A stretch of 60,884 nucleotides of DNA from assembly GCA_040752695.1 (NCBI GenBank), contig JBFMGO010000025.1, positions 1-60,884 of the forward strand. The letters are read 5' to 3'. The translations under genes and the position numbers were made by a program. The notes under the pieces were generated by a model, which made no database searches, was not told the origin of the DNA, and worked only from the letters and a program-made list of their open reading frames with translations. This DNA comes from a bacterium. GTDB taxonomy: Bacteria; SZUA-182; DTGQ01. Within the stretch, counting starts at the first letter, position 1, and every line of letters starts with the position of its first letter. Shown piece by piece: positions 1 through 9,852 of this stretch.

Positions 1-1871
1 TGTTCGATCATGGTCTTGACCATAATCTCGTATTTCTCGCTCTGTTCCTTATCCCTGGTTTTGGCCTTGGTAACGATGCGAGACAGATCCCGCACCGAAG
101 TCATCAGTTTTTTCTCGATGGCATCGCGCAAAGGAGCGTAAGACTTGTAGTTCACCTTCTCTTTGCGTCTCAAGAGGGCGAACATATAGCTGGTCACATC
201 CTGCCGGAAACCCTCGGCTGCGGAAACCGTAATGCCGATCTGCTCCTCGATGGAGCGAAGGAGTTTCTGATCCGGTTCCAATTCTTCTTTGGTGTTGGCG
301 TCCTTGACCTTGGTCCGGTTGACATAGGCTTCGGCGTGATCCAGATAGTTCTGGAACAGCGTTTCAGCCTGTTCTGCATAAGAGTGGACGAAAGCCTTGG
401 TAATTTCCCTCTCCAGTATGTCCAGGTATTCCTTGTGCAGAGTATCCTGCAGGAAGCCAAGATAGCGCTTTCGCACATCATCGGCCAGACTCATTTCCTT
501 GACCTGGGCAATCATCGCTTCCCGGATGGAAATGGGATTGATGCAGTTATATTCAGCCTCAGAAATGGCATTGTCGATGCTCTTCATGACAAAGCGGGTG
601 GAGATGCCTGACATTCCCTCATTGACCGCTTCTTCCCGCAGTTCTTCGGCATCGATCTTCTGATGATAACCCTTCTCGACAATTTCCTGACCATTGTAGA
701 GCCTGAGCTTGGTCATCAGATCGCACTTGTTCGTGGGCTGAAGCCTGGTAAGAATGGCAAACATGGAGGCAATCTCTATGGTGTGAGGTGCGATATGCGC
801 ATCGAACCGGCTTCTTTGAAGAATCTTCCGGTAGATTTTTACCTCCTCGTCCAACTCCAGCACGTAAGGAACTTCCACCTTGACAATTCGGTCAAGAATG
901 GCCTCGTTGGTGTGATCCGCTTTGAACTTCTCCCACTCCGCCTCATTGGAATGGGCCAGAATTACTCCATCAAAGTAGATCATCGAGTGTTTGCCTGGTG
1001 CAGGAATCATTTTTTCCTGAGTGGCAGTGATCATGGTATGCAGGTATTCAGTCTCATTTTTGAACACCTCGATGAATTCCACAATTCCCCGGTTGCCGGC
1101 ATTAAAGGCGCCATTCAGGGATAAAACCCGAGGATCATCTTCGGAATACAGATCCAGTTTGGAAATATCCTCACTGCCGATGAGGATCGAGGTGTCCTGA
1201 TTATTGGGATCCACCGGTGGAACCACACCGACCCCGCGGCGGGATCTGATGGAAAAATTCGCCGTCTCTACGGGAAATTTCTCATATTCCCTGTTGAATT
1301 CGTTCTTCAGCCGGAACCGGCAGACGGGACACAGGTCTCCCTCGATGGTAATACCCAGAAGACGGGCAAATTCCTCCCGCAGGTGATTTGGCAGAAGGTG
1401 CAGAGGTTCCTCATGCATCGGACACCCTTTCAGACAGAAGATGGAAGAGGACTCCTCAAGACCAGCCTTGAGCTTCTCCATCAGGCTGGATTTGCCTGCC
1501 CCCACCGGTCCTACAAGGTACAGAACCTGACGGCTCTCTTCACCGCCCATGGAGGCAGAGTGAAAATAGCGGACAATCTGATTGATCACCTTGTCCATCC
1601 CAAAGAATTCATTCTCGAAAAAGGTATATTTCCTGATAGTCTCATGCCTGCGGAGCCTCCTCAACCTTGGATTATCTTCAGGATGCTCCAAACGAACCCC
1701 CGGATCTGTAATTACCTTGAAAAGGCGGCCATGAGCCAATTGAGCAATGGATGGATCTTCCTTCACAAGCTCAAGGTAATCAAGAAATGTTCCTTCAAAA
1801 TGTTTCCGACTCCGATCCTCGCGATCCTTTTGGATCAGCGTTCTAAAATCGACTTTATTTGACCCAGACAT
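1..1871 (-). CDS. prkA: PrkA/YeaG family AAA+ serine protein kinase (3' end runs off the window)
   Basis: Not in the ORF track because it is open at the edge. Manual translation from ATG 1871 (GAGG RBS) gives MSGSNKVDFRTLIQKDREDRSRKHFEGTFLDYLELVKEDPSIAQLAH...GGEESRQVLYLVGPVGAGKSSL, the PrkA N-terminus and Walker A. Confidence 0.9.
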   Translation of the reverse strand, partial: MSGSNKVDFRTLIQKDREDRSRKHFEGTFLDYLELVKEDPSIAQLAHGRLFKVITDPGVRLEHPEDNPRLRRLRRHETIRKYTFFENEFFGMDKVINQIVRYFHSASMGGEESRQVLYLVGPVGAGKSSLMEKLKAGLEESSSIFCLKGCPMHEEPLHLLPNHLREEFARLLGITIEGDLCPVCRFRLKNEFNREYEKFPVETANFSIRSRRGVGVVPPVDPNNQDTSILIGSEDISKLDLYSEDDPRVLSLNGAFNAGNRGIVEFIEVFKNETEYLHTMITATQEKMIPAPGKHSMIYFDGVILAHSNEAEWEKFKADHTNEAILDRIVKVEVPYVLELDEEVKIYRKILQRSRFDAHIAPHTIEIASMFAILTRLQPTNKCDLMTKLRLYNGQEIVEKGYHQKIDAEELREEAVNEGMSGISTRFVMKSIDNAISEAEYNCINPISIREAMIAQVKEMSLADDVRKRYLGFLQDTLHKEYLDILEREITKAFVHSYAEQAETLFQNYLDHAEAYVNRTKVKDANTKEELEPDQKLLRSIEEQIGITVSAAEGFRQDVTSYMFALLRRKEKVNYKSYAPLRDAIEKKLMTSVRDLSRIVTKAKTRDKEQSEKYEIMVKTMIE

Positions 1872-2014
1872 GTTTTCCTCCCTGCGGCTTTTGCTTAAGA
1901 TAAATAAGGTCTACCCGATAAAAATCCCCGAAGTAACCCTCGGCAGTAAAAAAATGAATCTTAGTAGTAACACATTGGGACCTTGAGCAAGCAAAGGTAT
2001 ATTGCATAAAGATA

Positions 2015-2031
2015 TGCATAAATCTTGCCAA
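2015..2031 (-). promoter_or_regulatory. sigma-54 (-24/-12) promoter for prkA
   Basis: Minus strand TTGGCAAGATTTATGCA = GG-N10-GC, about 145 nt upstream of prkA. yeaG is sigma54/NtrC-dependent in E. coli. Confidence 0.6.
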
Positions 2032-2308
2032 GATGGCCCCTCCAAGGATAAACTTTACTTACCCCTATGTTCAGGGATTACTCTAACATCTAACTTAATA
2101 GACGGGCTTTTGCAACTTGGGTTATTGATATAATTATACAAAATATTGATAGGCAAATGCCAAATAAGAACGTGACAAAGTGCACCTCCTGCTTAATTTT
2201 CGAACATCAAGTGCTCATAATTAAATCTGCCGGCAAATGGGTTAAGCTTAAGGTTCATCTTTAAAAAAGATTTTGTGTTATCTTTTTCCGAATGGTATAC
2301 TAGCGTTG

Positions 2309-2369
2309 CGGGATAATGGATACCGGACACTGGATATCGGCTGGATATTTGGATACTGGATGCCGGTTC
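2309..2369 (+). repeat. degenerate heptamer tandem repeat (CTGGATA-like)
   Basis: cgggata atggata ccggaca ctggata ... ctggata tttggata ctggatg ccggttc. A 16-nt duplication (gaggtatgcggcagat x2) follows at about 2403-2434. Confidence 0.75.
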
Positions 2370-2489
2370 ATCTTGCTGCTGCAGGTAGGTGTCGTTCAAC
2401 ACGAGGTATGCGGCAGATGAGGTATGCGGCAGATAACGTAAAAAGGGGAGGAAAATTATAATGTGTAAAAGGGGACTTAACGATACGTT

Positions 2490-5400
2490 ATGAAAAGAGG
2501 AATTAAAATCGCCACTATTTTCCTCGGTGGCCTGGCAGCTATTTTCATCGGCCTTGGGATTTTCATCAAAATCTACTTCACCCCGCAAAGGGTGAGAGGG
2601 CTCATCACGCCATATGCAGAAAAGGCACTGGGGAGAAAGGTATCTATCGAGGATATCAAAGTCAACCTTCTCACAGGCATTGAAATTTCGAAAGTCAGCA
2701 TTGAGGATAATCCTGCTTTTCGCTCAGGGCCTTTCTTAACTGCGGACGAGTTTGTCCTGAAATATGCATTCTGGCCTTTATTGAAAAAAAAACTGATTAT
2801 TCGTGAAGTGCTCGCGGTTCGGCCTTCCATTATTATAGAAAAAAATAACAAGGGAGTTTTCAACTTCGATGATCTTCTCAAGAAGGTCAAGTCAGAGAGT
2901 AAAGAGCCCAAAGAACCTGAGCCCGCTTCGCAGGGGTTTGTATTCTTTGTCTCCCAGGCAGGGATTCAGGATGGGCGAATTACCTATTCCGATAAGCCTG
3001 GCCTGTCATCCTCTCAACCTGTTCTGTCGCCTTCTCAAACAGGCCGGCACCCTTCAGTGCTGACTCTCGATCGGGTCAATTTCGAGGCCCGGGATATCGG
3101 ATTAACCGGCCCTTTCACGGTGACCCTGTTTGCTGAACTGCCAGGTGAATCGAAAGGCCAAAAAGCAGCCACCTTGAGCCTGGACGGACAGATCGATCCT
3201 GCTGTGCAAAACATGGATCTCCAGGTGAAGGTCGATTCTCTGGACCTGAAAACCTTCTCCTCCTATTACCAGGAATCCATGCCTGTCAGAGTACTGTCCT
3301 CACGGCTTGCCCTTCAAAGCAGGATCAAAAGCACAAGGATGGAAAAGGTGCAGGCAGAGGGAGAAGTCAGCCTGGATGAGTTGAAGCTTATGTATTCAGC
3401 CGCCACACCCACGTCCACATCCACAACTAGGTCTGAATCCGTATCCAGATCCGCATCCAGAGCAGGATCATCATCCACATCCGCAGCCAGGTCCAGAGAA
3501 TCCGCCCAGGGTGGTCAACTGATCCAGGGTCTGGATTTGAAAGGCAATTATGTTCTCAACATGGATATGGTGCGGCATCTTTTGAAAATAGAACGAATAA
3601 ACTTGACCGCACTGGAAATCCCTCTCAAGATCACCGGTCAGGTAGCGAACTTCGATACCCAGGATAGAAAACTCGATATAGACTTTTCCTCTGCTGAAAT
3701 TGACCTTGGCAAGCTGGAGAAAAACATTCCTCCGGCTCTTTTGCCGGAAATCATGAAGAAGCTGGCCTTGAGCGGAAAGGTAACCGGCCTGCATTTCCAG
3801 GTGAAGACAGAAAAAGCGTCTGGCTCATCCTCACAATCCTCTCCTCCTTCCTCTCCCCTGGTCTACTTCGGCAAGGCTGGCTTATCGGGGGTACAGGTGG
3901 AGCTCTATCCTTCGTTGGTCCCGCGCCTTGACGGAAGTTTTCAGCTCGACCGGCATACGGTGAAAATACCGCAGATTACCATGGCACTCTTTGATTCAAA
4001 GACCATTCTGACTGGCACGGTTTCCGATTACCTGGAAAAAAACCCCGGCCTCAATCTTAAAGTGGATTCTCACGTTCCCGATCTGGCTAAAATCTATCAG
4101 GCGCTGCCCCCCGACCTCTCCCCCTGGCTGAAGAAGATCAAGGTACAGGGCGGGTCGGTAAAGGTAAGTACCTCCCTGTCAGGAAATCCGGCTGAGCCCG
4201 CTTCCCTGCACTATGAGGGAGAAGCACTCCTGGACAAGGTCAGGATTCAGCAGGCTTCCGATGCCTCTTCGCTGACGCAGATGGGAGGAATGGTGAGGTT
4301 TACCGAGAAACAGATCAGTGTTGAAAATTTGAACACATCCTTTACCCAATCCACCCTGGCCCTGAAAGGTAATATTACTGACTATAGAAAGACTCCGATC
4401 ATCCGCATGGATGTAACCTCCCCCCAGGTGAACCTGGACGAGATCCTGGCCACTGCTCAGGCATTAACAGGGGAGGGACCGCAGGAGCAGAAAGGACCAG
4501 AGGGAGAACCTGCTGGTGAGGAGAAACCAGCGGCTCAAAAGGACCGGGGCAAACCAAAAGCCCCTGAATCGGGCCCTGAGACCGGCCCTGCTTCCGGCCC
4601 TGAATCCGGAAAGATTTCTGCTGCGGGGAAAATCCATCTGGCCAAGGCTACCTACAAGACACTGACTCTGCGCAATCTGGATATGACCTATTCTTTACAA
4701 AACGATATCCTCAAGTGGCAAAACCTGAAAGCGGAAACTGACGGCCAAGGCACCCTGACCCTGGACGGTATGCTGGATATCAACCGGATGGCTTACTCCT
4801 CCCGGATTGATCTGCACTCTTTGTCCATCCAGGAAATACTCTCGGCTCTGGCCCCCAGGTACTCTTCGATCTTTTCCGGCAGGATTACCACGCAGGCTGA
4901 TCTGACCGGGGAGGGCAAGACGAAAGAGCTGGTTCAACAGAGCCTTGATCTGGCAGGCAAATTCGAACTTGCTGATGGAAAAATCCAGAATACGGATTTA
5001 GGAAAAGCCCTTTATGAACTGCTGCCGGTGACCAACTGGTCGGAGCTGAAATTCAAGACCATGAAGGGAAAGGCAAAAGTCGAAAAGGGAAAGGTTCATC
5101 TTGATTCTCATCTGACCAGAGAGGATTATATCCTTGAATCTCAGGGTACTATCGGTCTGGATAGCTCTCTGAGTATGGACATTCTCGTTAAGGTTTCGCC
5201 ACGGATCTCGAAAGAGAACAAACTTCTCGGCAGTTACCTGACCGATGACAGCGGATGGACAGTTATTCCGATTAAGGCTGACGGCACCTTGACCAAACCC
5301 AGGCTCAAGGTTGACCTCGAAGCGGTTGGTAAGGGAGTGCAGGAGAAACTGAAGGAAAAAATAAGGAAAAAACTTGAGGATAAGCTCGATGATAAGCTTA

Positions 5401-5594
5401 AGGATAAACTGAAGGATAAGCTTAAGAATAAGCTGTTCGAAAACCCCATCTTGAAAAAGGATGGCGATAATCAGCGTGATGGAGCTGCGAGTGCTCCAGA
5501 TGGAGAAACTCCGGATAAGGGTGCGCCGAAGCCAAAAACAGTCGATGACATATTGAAAGATACACTTAAGGGTTTTCTTAAGCAGGGAAAGTAA
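2490..5594 (+). CDS. AsmA-family / DUF748-like envelope protein
   Basis: 1034 aa with an N-terminal TM anchor, ALGRKVSIEDI, NNKGVFNFDDL and an AsmA-type C-terminus (IPIKADGTLTKPRLKVD). Several low-complexity inserts. Confidence 0.8.
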   Translation: MKRGIKIATIFLGGLAAIFIGLGIFIKIYFTPQRVRGLITPYAEKALGRKVSIEDIKVNLLTGIEISKVSIEDNPAFRSGPFLTADEFVLKYAFWPLLKKKLIIREVLAVRPSIIIEKNNKGVFNFDDLLKKVKSESKEPKEPEPASQGFVFFVSQAGIQDGRITYSDKPGLSSSQPVLSPSQTGRHPSVLTLDRVNFEARDIGLTGPFTVTLFAELPGESKGQKAATLSLDGQIDPAVQNMDLQVKVDSLDLKTFSSYYQESMPVRVLSSRLALQSRIKSTRMEKVQAEGEVSLDELKLMYSAATPTSTSTTRSESVSRSASRAGSSSTSAARSRESAQGGQLIQGLDLKGNYVLNMDMVRHLLKIERINLTALEIPLKITGQVANFDTQDRKLDIDFSSAEIDLGKLEKNIPPALLPEIMKKLALSGKVTGLHFQVKTEKASGSSSQSSPPSSPLVYFGKAGLSGVQVELYPSLVPRLDGSFQLDRHTVKIPQITMALFDSKTILTGTVSDYLEKNPGLNLKVDSHVPDLAKIYQALPPDLSPWLKKIKVQGGSVKVSTSLSGNPAEPASLHYEGEALLDKVRIQQASDASSLTQMGGMVRFTEKQISVENLNTSFTQSTLALKGNITDYRKTPIIRMDVTSPQVNLDEILATAQALTGEGPQEQKGPEGEPAGEEKPAAQKDRGKPKAPESGPETGPASGPESGKISAAGKIHLAKATYKTLTLRNLDMTYSLQNDILKWQNLKAETDGQGTLTLDGMLDINRMAYSSRIDLHSLSIQEILSALAPRYSSIFSGRITTQADLTGEGKTKELVQQSLDLAGKFELADGKIQNTDLGKALYELLPVTNWSELKFKTMKGKAKVEKGKVHLDSHLTREDYILESQGTIGLDSSLSMDILVKVSPRISKENKLLGSYLTDDSGWTVIPIKADGTLTKPRLKVDLEAVGKGVQEKLKEKIRKKLEDKLDDKLKDKLKDKLKNKLFENPILKKDGDNQRDGAASAPDGETPDKGAPKPKTVDDILKDTLKGFLKQGK

Positions 5595-5616
5595 AAATAA
5601 GGATAATCGATAACAC

Positions 5617-6279
5617 ATGTATAAAAAAAAAGGCAATGGTTCTATCGGCTCATTGGAAGGCAGGAATTTAATAATTGTCGATTATGAGATCACGAATGAG
5701 CCGGTTCTTCATAAAAGCGTAAAAAGGCTTCCATCCAGAGTCAGGAAGCAGATTGAGCAGTTACACGAAGCGATCAGCAGCAAGCCTGCTGAGGCGATTC
5801 CCTCCTTGCTGAAGCTGATTGAAAAATATCCACAAGTACCTGTGCTGGATAATTACCTCACTGCAGCCTATCGCCTCACCGGCCAAGAGGAAAAGGCCGA
5901 TTCGCTGACACTGGAAAGTTATAAAAGACACCCTGATTATTTGTTTTCAAAAATTGATTATGCCTTCTATTGCCTACAACAGGGAGACCCGTATAAAATA
6001 CCTGAGATATTTGACCATAAACTGGAGTTGAGACTGCTTTATCCTGATAGAAGGAAATTCCATATATCTGAGTTTATGAGTTTCATGGGGATTATGGCTT
6101 TATACAATAATGCAATAGGTGAACGAAAAACAGCTATAAAGTACTATGAAATAATTAAGCAGGTTGATCCATCCTATGATTTGGTGAGGGTTTTAAAAAG
6201 CGTCCTTTATCCACCTTTACTGGTCAGACTATTGAGGAAAATAGTAAAAATTCCAGCGGGAGGTGTTAAGTTCAAGTAA
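5617..6279 (+). CDS. TPR-like helical hypothetical protein
   Basis: 220 aa, AT-rich, TPR-like pattern (AIPSLLKLIEKYPQVPVLDNYLTAAYRLTGQEEKA). Confidence 0.6.
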   Translation: MYKKKGNGSIGSLEGRNLIIVDYEITNEPVLHKSVKRLPSRVRKQIEQLHEAISSKPAEAIPSLLKLIEKYPQVPVLDNYLTAAYRLTGQEEKADSLTLESYKRHPDYLFSKIDYAFYCLQQGDPYKIPEIFDHKLELRLLYPDRRKFHISEFMSFMGIMALYNNAIGERKTAIKYYEIIKQVDPSYDLVRVLKSVLYPPLLVRLLRKIVKIPAGGVKFK

Positions 6280-6440
6280 AGACATCTCGATTTTTATTTT
6301 ATCTCAAATTCTATACTTTTGCACTTTTCGTCATTACGAAGCTATTGATATTTCAATTAGTTGTTAAAAAATACAAAAGTACAGTCAAATTATATTAAAA
6401 ATAACCGCTCATATATAGTAGCCAACGCATCCATTTTCTT

Positions 6441-6466
6441 GTCATTCCCGCCTTCGCGGGAATGAC
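6441..6466. repeat. REP-like palindrome GTCATTCCCGC-CTTC-GCGGGAATGAC
   Basis: Perfect 11-bp stem. The core fits ATTCCC-N8-GGGAAT. A related degenerate copy lies at 7166-7192. Confidence 0.8.
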
Positions 6467-6534
6467 GGGATTTGAAGCCTTCTATAGCTGGTGTGTTACC
6501 TTATAAATATGAGCGAGAATAACAAGGAAAATGA

Positions 6535-7089
6535 ATGGATTTTTCGAAGACGAAAACCCAAAAAAAACGAGAGGCCAAGGTAGTGGAAGATCTGGCCAGA
6601 GAGCTGGTGGATCTGCCGTCTTCGGTCCTTCCGAAGCTTCCATGTGATGAGGAGATCCGGGTTGAAATTCGGGCCGCTCAAAGTATCGAGCAATTCGGAG
6701 CCCGGCGCAGGCAGATCAAATACCTGGCCAAGCTCCTGAGGGATGTCGAATTGTCCCATCTGTTCAATTTTCTGGAAGAGGCCCAGAAATCCCGATTAAA
6801 GGAAAACAGAATCATCCAGCGACTGGGGCAGCTTCGAGACCGGATACTGCATGAGGACGAGGAAGAGGAGGCACTCAAGGAGACAAAGGAGGAATTCCCC
6901 GGCCTCAGCCTGGAAATCCTTCAAGATCTGGCCGGTAAATATCGGCGGACAAGGAATCAGCGATTCTCAAGAGAGATTTTCCGACAGCTTAAGATCGCCC
7001 AAGGTCACGCCGAGTATGAGGAAAGGCTCAAGGATGCTGAGGAGAAGCTTGAGGAAGAGTGTGGAGAGGGACATGAGGAGGAACTCTGA
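6535..7089 (+). CDS. yjgA: ribosome biogenesis factor YjgA/DarP (DUF615)
   Basis: SKTKTQKKREAKVVEDLARELV, GARRRQIKYLAKLLR and REIFRQLK are DUF615 hallmarks. Confidence 0.85.
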   Translation: MDFSKTKTQKKREAKVVEDLARELVDLPSSVLPKLPCDEEIRVEIRAAQSIEQFGARRRQIKYLAKLLRDVELSHLFNFLEEAQKSRLKENRIIQRLGQLRDRILHEDEEEEALKETKEEFPGLSLEILQDLAGKYRRTRNQRFSREIFRQLKIAQGHAEYEERLKDAEEKLEEECGEGHEEEL

Positions 7090-7389
7090 GTACACGGCGC
7101 GGTAAATACGCGACCGGTTGTTCCTGACCTTTTAGTGGACACTCTTTAGTAAAAGTCTGCCCAACGTCATTCCCGCTTTCGCTCAGAATGACGAAATGGC
7201 GGAAACGAAGATCATTGCTAGCAAACCTATCTGGTTGCGGAATTCCCGCGCCGTGTACTAAGCAAGAGCAGGAACAGGAGAGCCTCAAGAAAGAGCACGA
7301 TCCTCAAGAAAGAGCTTAAGAGTGAAAAGCCTTAAGGAAAAAATATGGGTGAAGGGAATGAAAAAAATACATACTAAGGAAAAGAAGTT

Positions 7390-8193
7390 ATGAATCAAAC
7401 TGATCAGATGGATCATACGTTGGCTGTTTTTATTGATTTTGAAAATCTTGCCCTGGGATTTCAGGATCGAGATAAGAAACAACAAACGAAAATCAAATTT
7501 GATATCCAAAAAGTTTTAGAGCGGCTGGTAGAGAAAGGAAAGATCATTGTCAAGAAAGCTTATGCTGATTGGGGTAAGTTCAGCGATTATAAGAGCAATC
7601 TACACGAATTCGCCATCGAATTGATAGAGATTCCAAAGCGTGCGGTTACCGGGAAAAATTCCGCGGATATCCGCCTCTGCGTAGATGCCATGGATCTTTG
7701 CTATGCCAAGGAGCATATTGACACCTTCGTCATTGTTTCGGGGGATAGTGATTTTTCTCCTCTTGTCTCCAAGCTGAAGGAGAATGGGAAGCGGGTGATT
7801 GGCCTTGGGATGAAAAAATCGACCTCCTCCCTTCTTATAGCCAACTGCGATGAGTTTATCTATTATGAGGACCTGGAGCAAAAGGATGCCAGCCCCCCCA
7901 AATTACCAAAGAATACACCCAAGGTCAAACAGGCCGGATTACAGCTATTGATCGATTCGGTAGCCGCTTTGATGAGGGAAAACAAGGAAATACTCTGGTC
8001 ATCCATGATCAAGGACACCATGAAACGGAAAAGTCCCTCCTTCAGTGAATCAGCGCATGGGTACAGAAATTTCAGCGAGTTGCTTGAGGACGCTGAAAAG
8101 CGCGGCCTCGTTGCGCTGCGCATCGATCCGAGAAGCGGCACCTACGTTGTTACCAACTTCGGGAATGGGACAAATCAGAAGAAAAAGGTGTGA
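7390..8193 (+). CDS. NYN-domain (LabA/DUF88) protein with C-terminal OST-HTH/LOTUS domain
   Basis: VFIDFEN, KAYADW, GKNSADIRLCVDA, VSGDSDFSPLV. C-terminal KRKSPSFSESAHGYRNFSELLEDA. Confidence 0.9.
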   Translation: MNQTDQMDHTLAVFIDFENLALGFQDRDKKQQTKIKFDIQKVLERLVEKGKIIVKKAYADWGKFSDYKSNLHEFAIELIEIPKRAVTGKNSADIRLCVDAMDLCYAKEHIDTFVIVSGDSDFSPLVSKLKENGKRVIGLGMKKSTSSLLIANCDEFIYYEDLEQKDASPPKLPKNTPKVKQAGLQLLIDSVAALMRENKEILWSSMIKDTMKRKSPSFSESAHGYRNFSELLEDAEKRGLVALRIDPRSGTYVVTNFGNGTNQKKKV

Positions 8194-8232
8194 CGAAGAT
8201 GTAATAAAGATGTAATGCAGATATGACGAAAT
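8186..8232 (+). repeat. 11-nt degenerate tandem repeat starting across the NYN stop codon
   Basis: aaggtgtgacg aagatgtaata aagatgtaatg cagatatgacg. Confidence 0.65.
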
Positions 8233-8259
8233 CGGCACCTTAAGGAAATAGGATAAAAA

Positions 8260-8472
8260 GTGAAGACTGTGGCCATTGAAGAACATAAAACAGGAACGTT
8301 GATTTCTCCCAAGGTGAGTTCTGCTGTTGCCCGGGCAATTGCCGAGAATTTTTCTCCCCGGAAGATCGTCCTCTTTGGTTCGTATGCCTCCGGGCATCCC
8401 ACTCCATGGTTCGGGAGCATATCGAAACCAACACCACCGGGAGAATCAGAACTGATCAGTCTCCTTGAATAA
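8260..8472 (+). pseudogene. truncated minimal nucleotidyltransferase (MNT) antitoxin-like remnant
   Basis: ENFSPRKIVLFGSYASGHPTP matches the MNT start, but the following DSDxD catalytic motif is missing and no HEPN partner is present. Confidence 0.6.
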
Positions 8473-8503
8473 TTCAGCCTCCTTAGAATAATACGGCCAA
8501 TGA

Positions 8504-9478
8504 TCAGCCCCCTGCCAAGGTCAGGGCCATTATGGACACCAGGATGCCATGACGGTAGACATTGGACCTGCCTGGATTCGTCACCCCGAAAGACCCGTCC
8601 TTTTCCTGCCTTGAAATGATATAATCGATGCCTTGCTCCAAAGAGGAGATATCCCTTAGATTGAGCAGCTTGACGCACATGATCATCTCCGCCAGTACAT
8701 CCTCGTGGGTGGCCGTTATGGCCCATTCGATGCCCTGGTCGAACAGCTCGTTGAAAAAAGCCAGATTCTCGGCAATAACAGTTGGCGGCGGGAGTTCGCC
8801 AAAGTCGGTCAGAGCGAATATCTCATGAGTCAGGTCATAGACTGTAGTAGCAACAGGATCTACATACATCGGGTTAAATTGGGCACTGGTGTACTGCAAG
8901 ACCAGACCCTGACTCACTTCCTGAGAGAGGGTGCTCTTCGTCATGAGTTCTTCCAGCGTCTTGGGAGGATTATAGCCCAGTCTTTTTAAATAAACAGTAT
9001 TCCAAATGCAGGAAGTGATGTGAGATGGATACAGGAGAGGATCAGATATGATCTGGCCTTCTATGATTTTTTTCAGTTCCGGTGTCTGTAATCCCAATTT
9101 TTCAGCAATCTCTGTAATTGCCAGGACCATGGTGTATTCAGTCGGCTGCACTTTAAGGTTATGATTCGAGGCGATTAAGTCTAATCTTTTTTTGATTTCT
9201 TTGAGGTAATTATCTTTCTCAGACCCATCTTGCGTGTAGCGGTATAAGATATGAAAAGCCAATATTTCTTCTGATATCTCAATAAGTGCGCCATCGTTAA
9301 AACTTGCGGGATGCTTCAAGACCCATGACAGCGCCTTTTGGACCGGCTCTTTGGCCTTGCCTTTTTGAGAATTCGATGATCCTCCCCTCTGGCAGGACGT
9401 GATTAATGAGGTGAGTGATATGGCCAAAATGACCAGCAACCGTGACCAAATATGATACTTGTGATATTTACCGTACAT
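8504..9478 (-). CDS. putative lipoprotein with alpha-barrel-like / QW-repeat C-terminus
   Basis: Lipobox-like LITSC after a hydrophobic stretch. YDLTHEIFALTDFG, DVLAEMIMC and YIISRQEKDGSFG (prenyltransferase/QW-like). Confidence 0.6.
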   Translation of the reverse strand: MYGKYHKYHIWSRLLVILAISLTSLITSCQRGGSSNSQKGKAKEPVQKALSWVLKHPASFNDGALIEISEEILAFHILYRYTQDGSEKDNYLKEIKKRLDLIASNHNLKVQPTEYTMVLAITEIAEKLGLQTPELKKIIEGQIISDPLLYPSHITSCIWNTVYLKRLGYNPPKTLEELMTKSTLSQEVSQGLVLQYTSAQFNPMYVDPVATTVYDLTHEIFALTDFGELPPPTVIAENLAFFNELFDQGIEWAITATHEDVLAEMIMCVKLLNLRDISSLEQGIDYIISRQEKDGSFGVTNPGRSNVYRHGILVSIMALTLAGG

Positions 9479-9529
9479 GTTTTTTCCCCCTTATTTATCC
9501 CCGGTCTCAGGAAATTTTCTTCCCCCTGC

Positions 9530-9545
9530 TGCAAATGCCTAGCCA
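9530..9545 (-). promoter_or_regulatory. sigma-54 promoter for the lipoprotein
   Basis: Minus strand TGGCTAGGCATTTGCA (GG-N10-GC), about 50 nt upstream of ATG 9478. Confidence 0.55.
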
Positions 9546-9679
9546 GTTTTTCGTGGTCATAGAGTACAGAAGGTATTCTCCTCAGTTTACACGGAAAATG
9601 GATAGAGGTGTTAGTATTTTTTTTCCCAAAGAACATTTCTCTTATAAACTTGTTCAAATTGCTATATATTTCTAATAAT

Positions 9680-9708
9680 TTGACATTTAAAGATATTATA
9701 TGTAAAAT
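9680..9708 (+). promoter_or_regulatory. sigma-70 promoter
   Basis: TTGACA-N17-TAAAAT upstream of the 9853 ORF. Confidence 0.55.
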
Positions 9709-9852
9709 ACTTATAGCAAAAAAATATCAATGCCGAGAATTATAAGGGAAAAGTACTCATTTATGAGTTCGAGATATTCCGATCAAAAAAAAGAGTTATC
9801 CGATTCAATAAGGTGAAGACTGGAGACAAAAAAATGCGTTAAATGATAAGAC

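Noticed and set aside
336..1862. Plus-strand ORFs at 336, 663 and 1383, and other long antisense ORFs (e.g. 48805-50289, 11038-12069, 18095-19165)
   Set aside because: They are shadows of well-supported genes on the opposite strand and carry no motifs.
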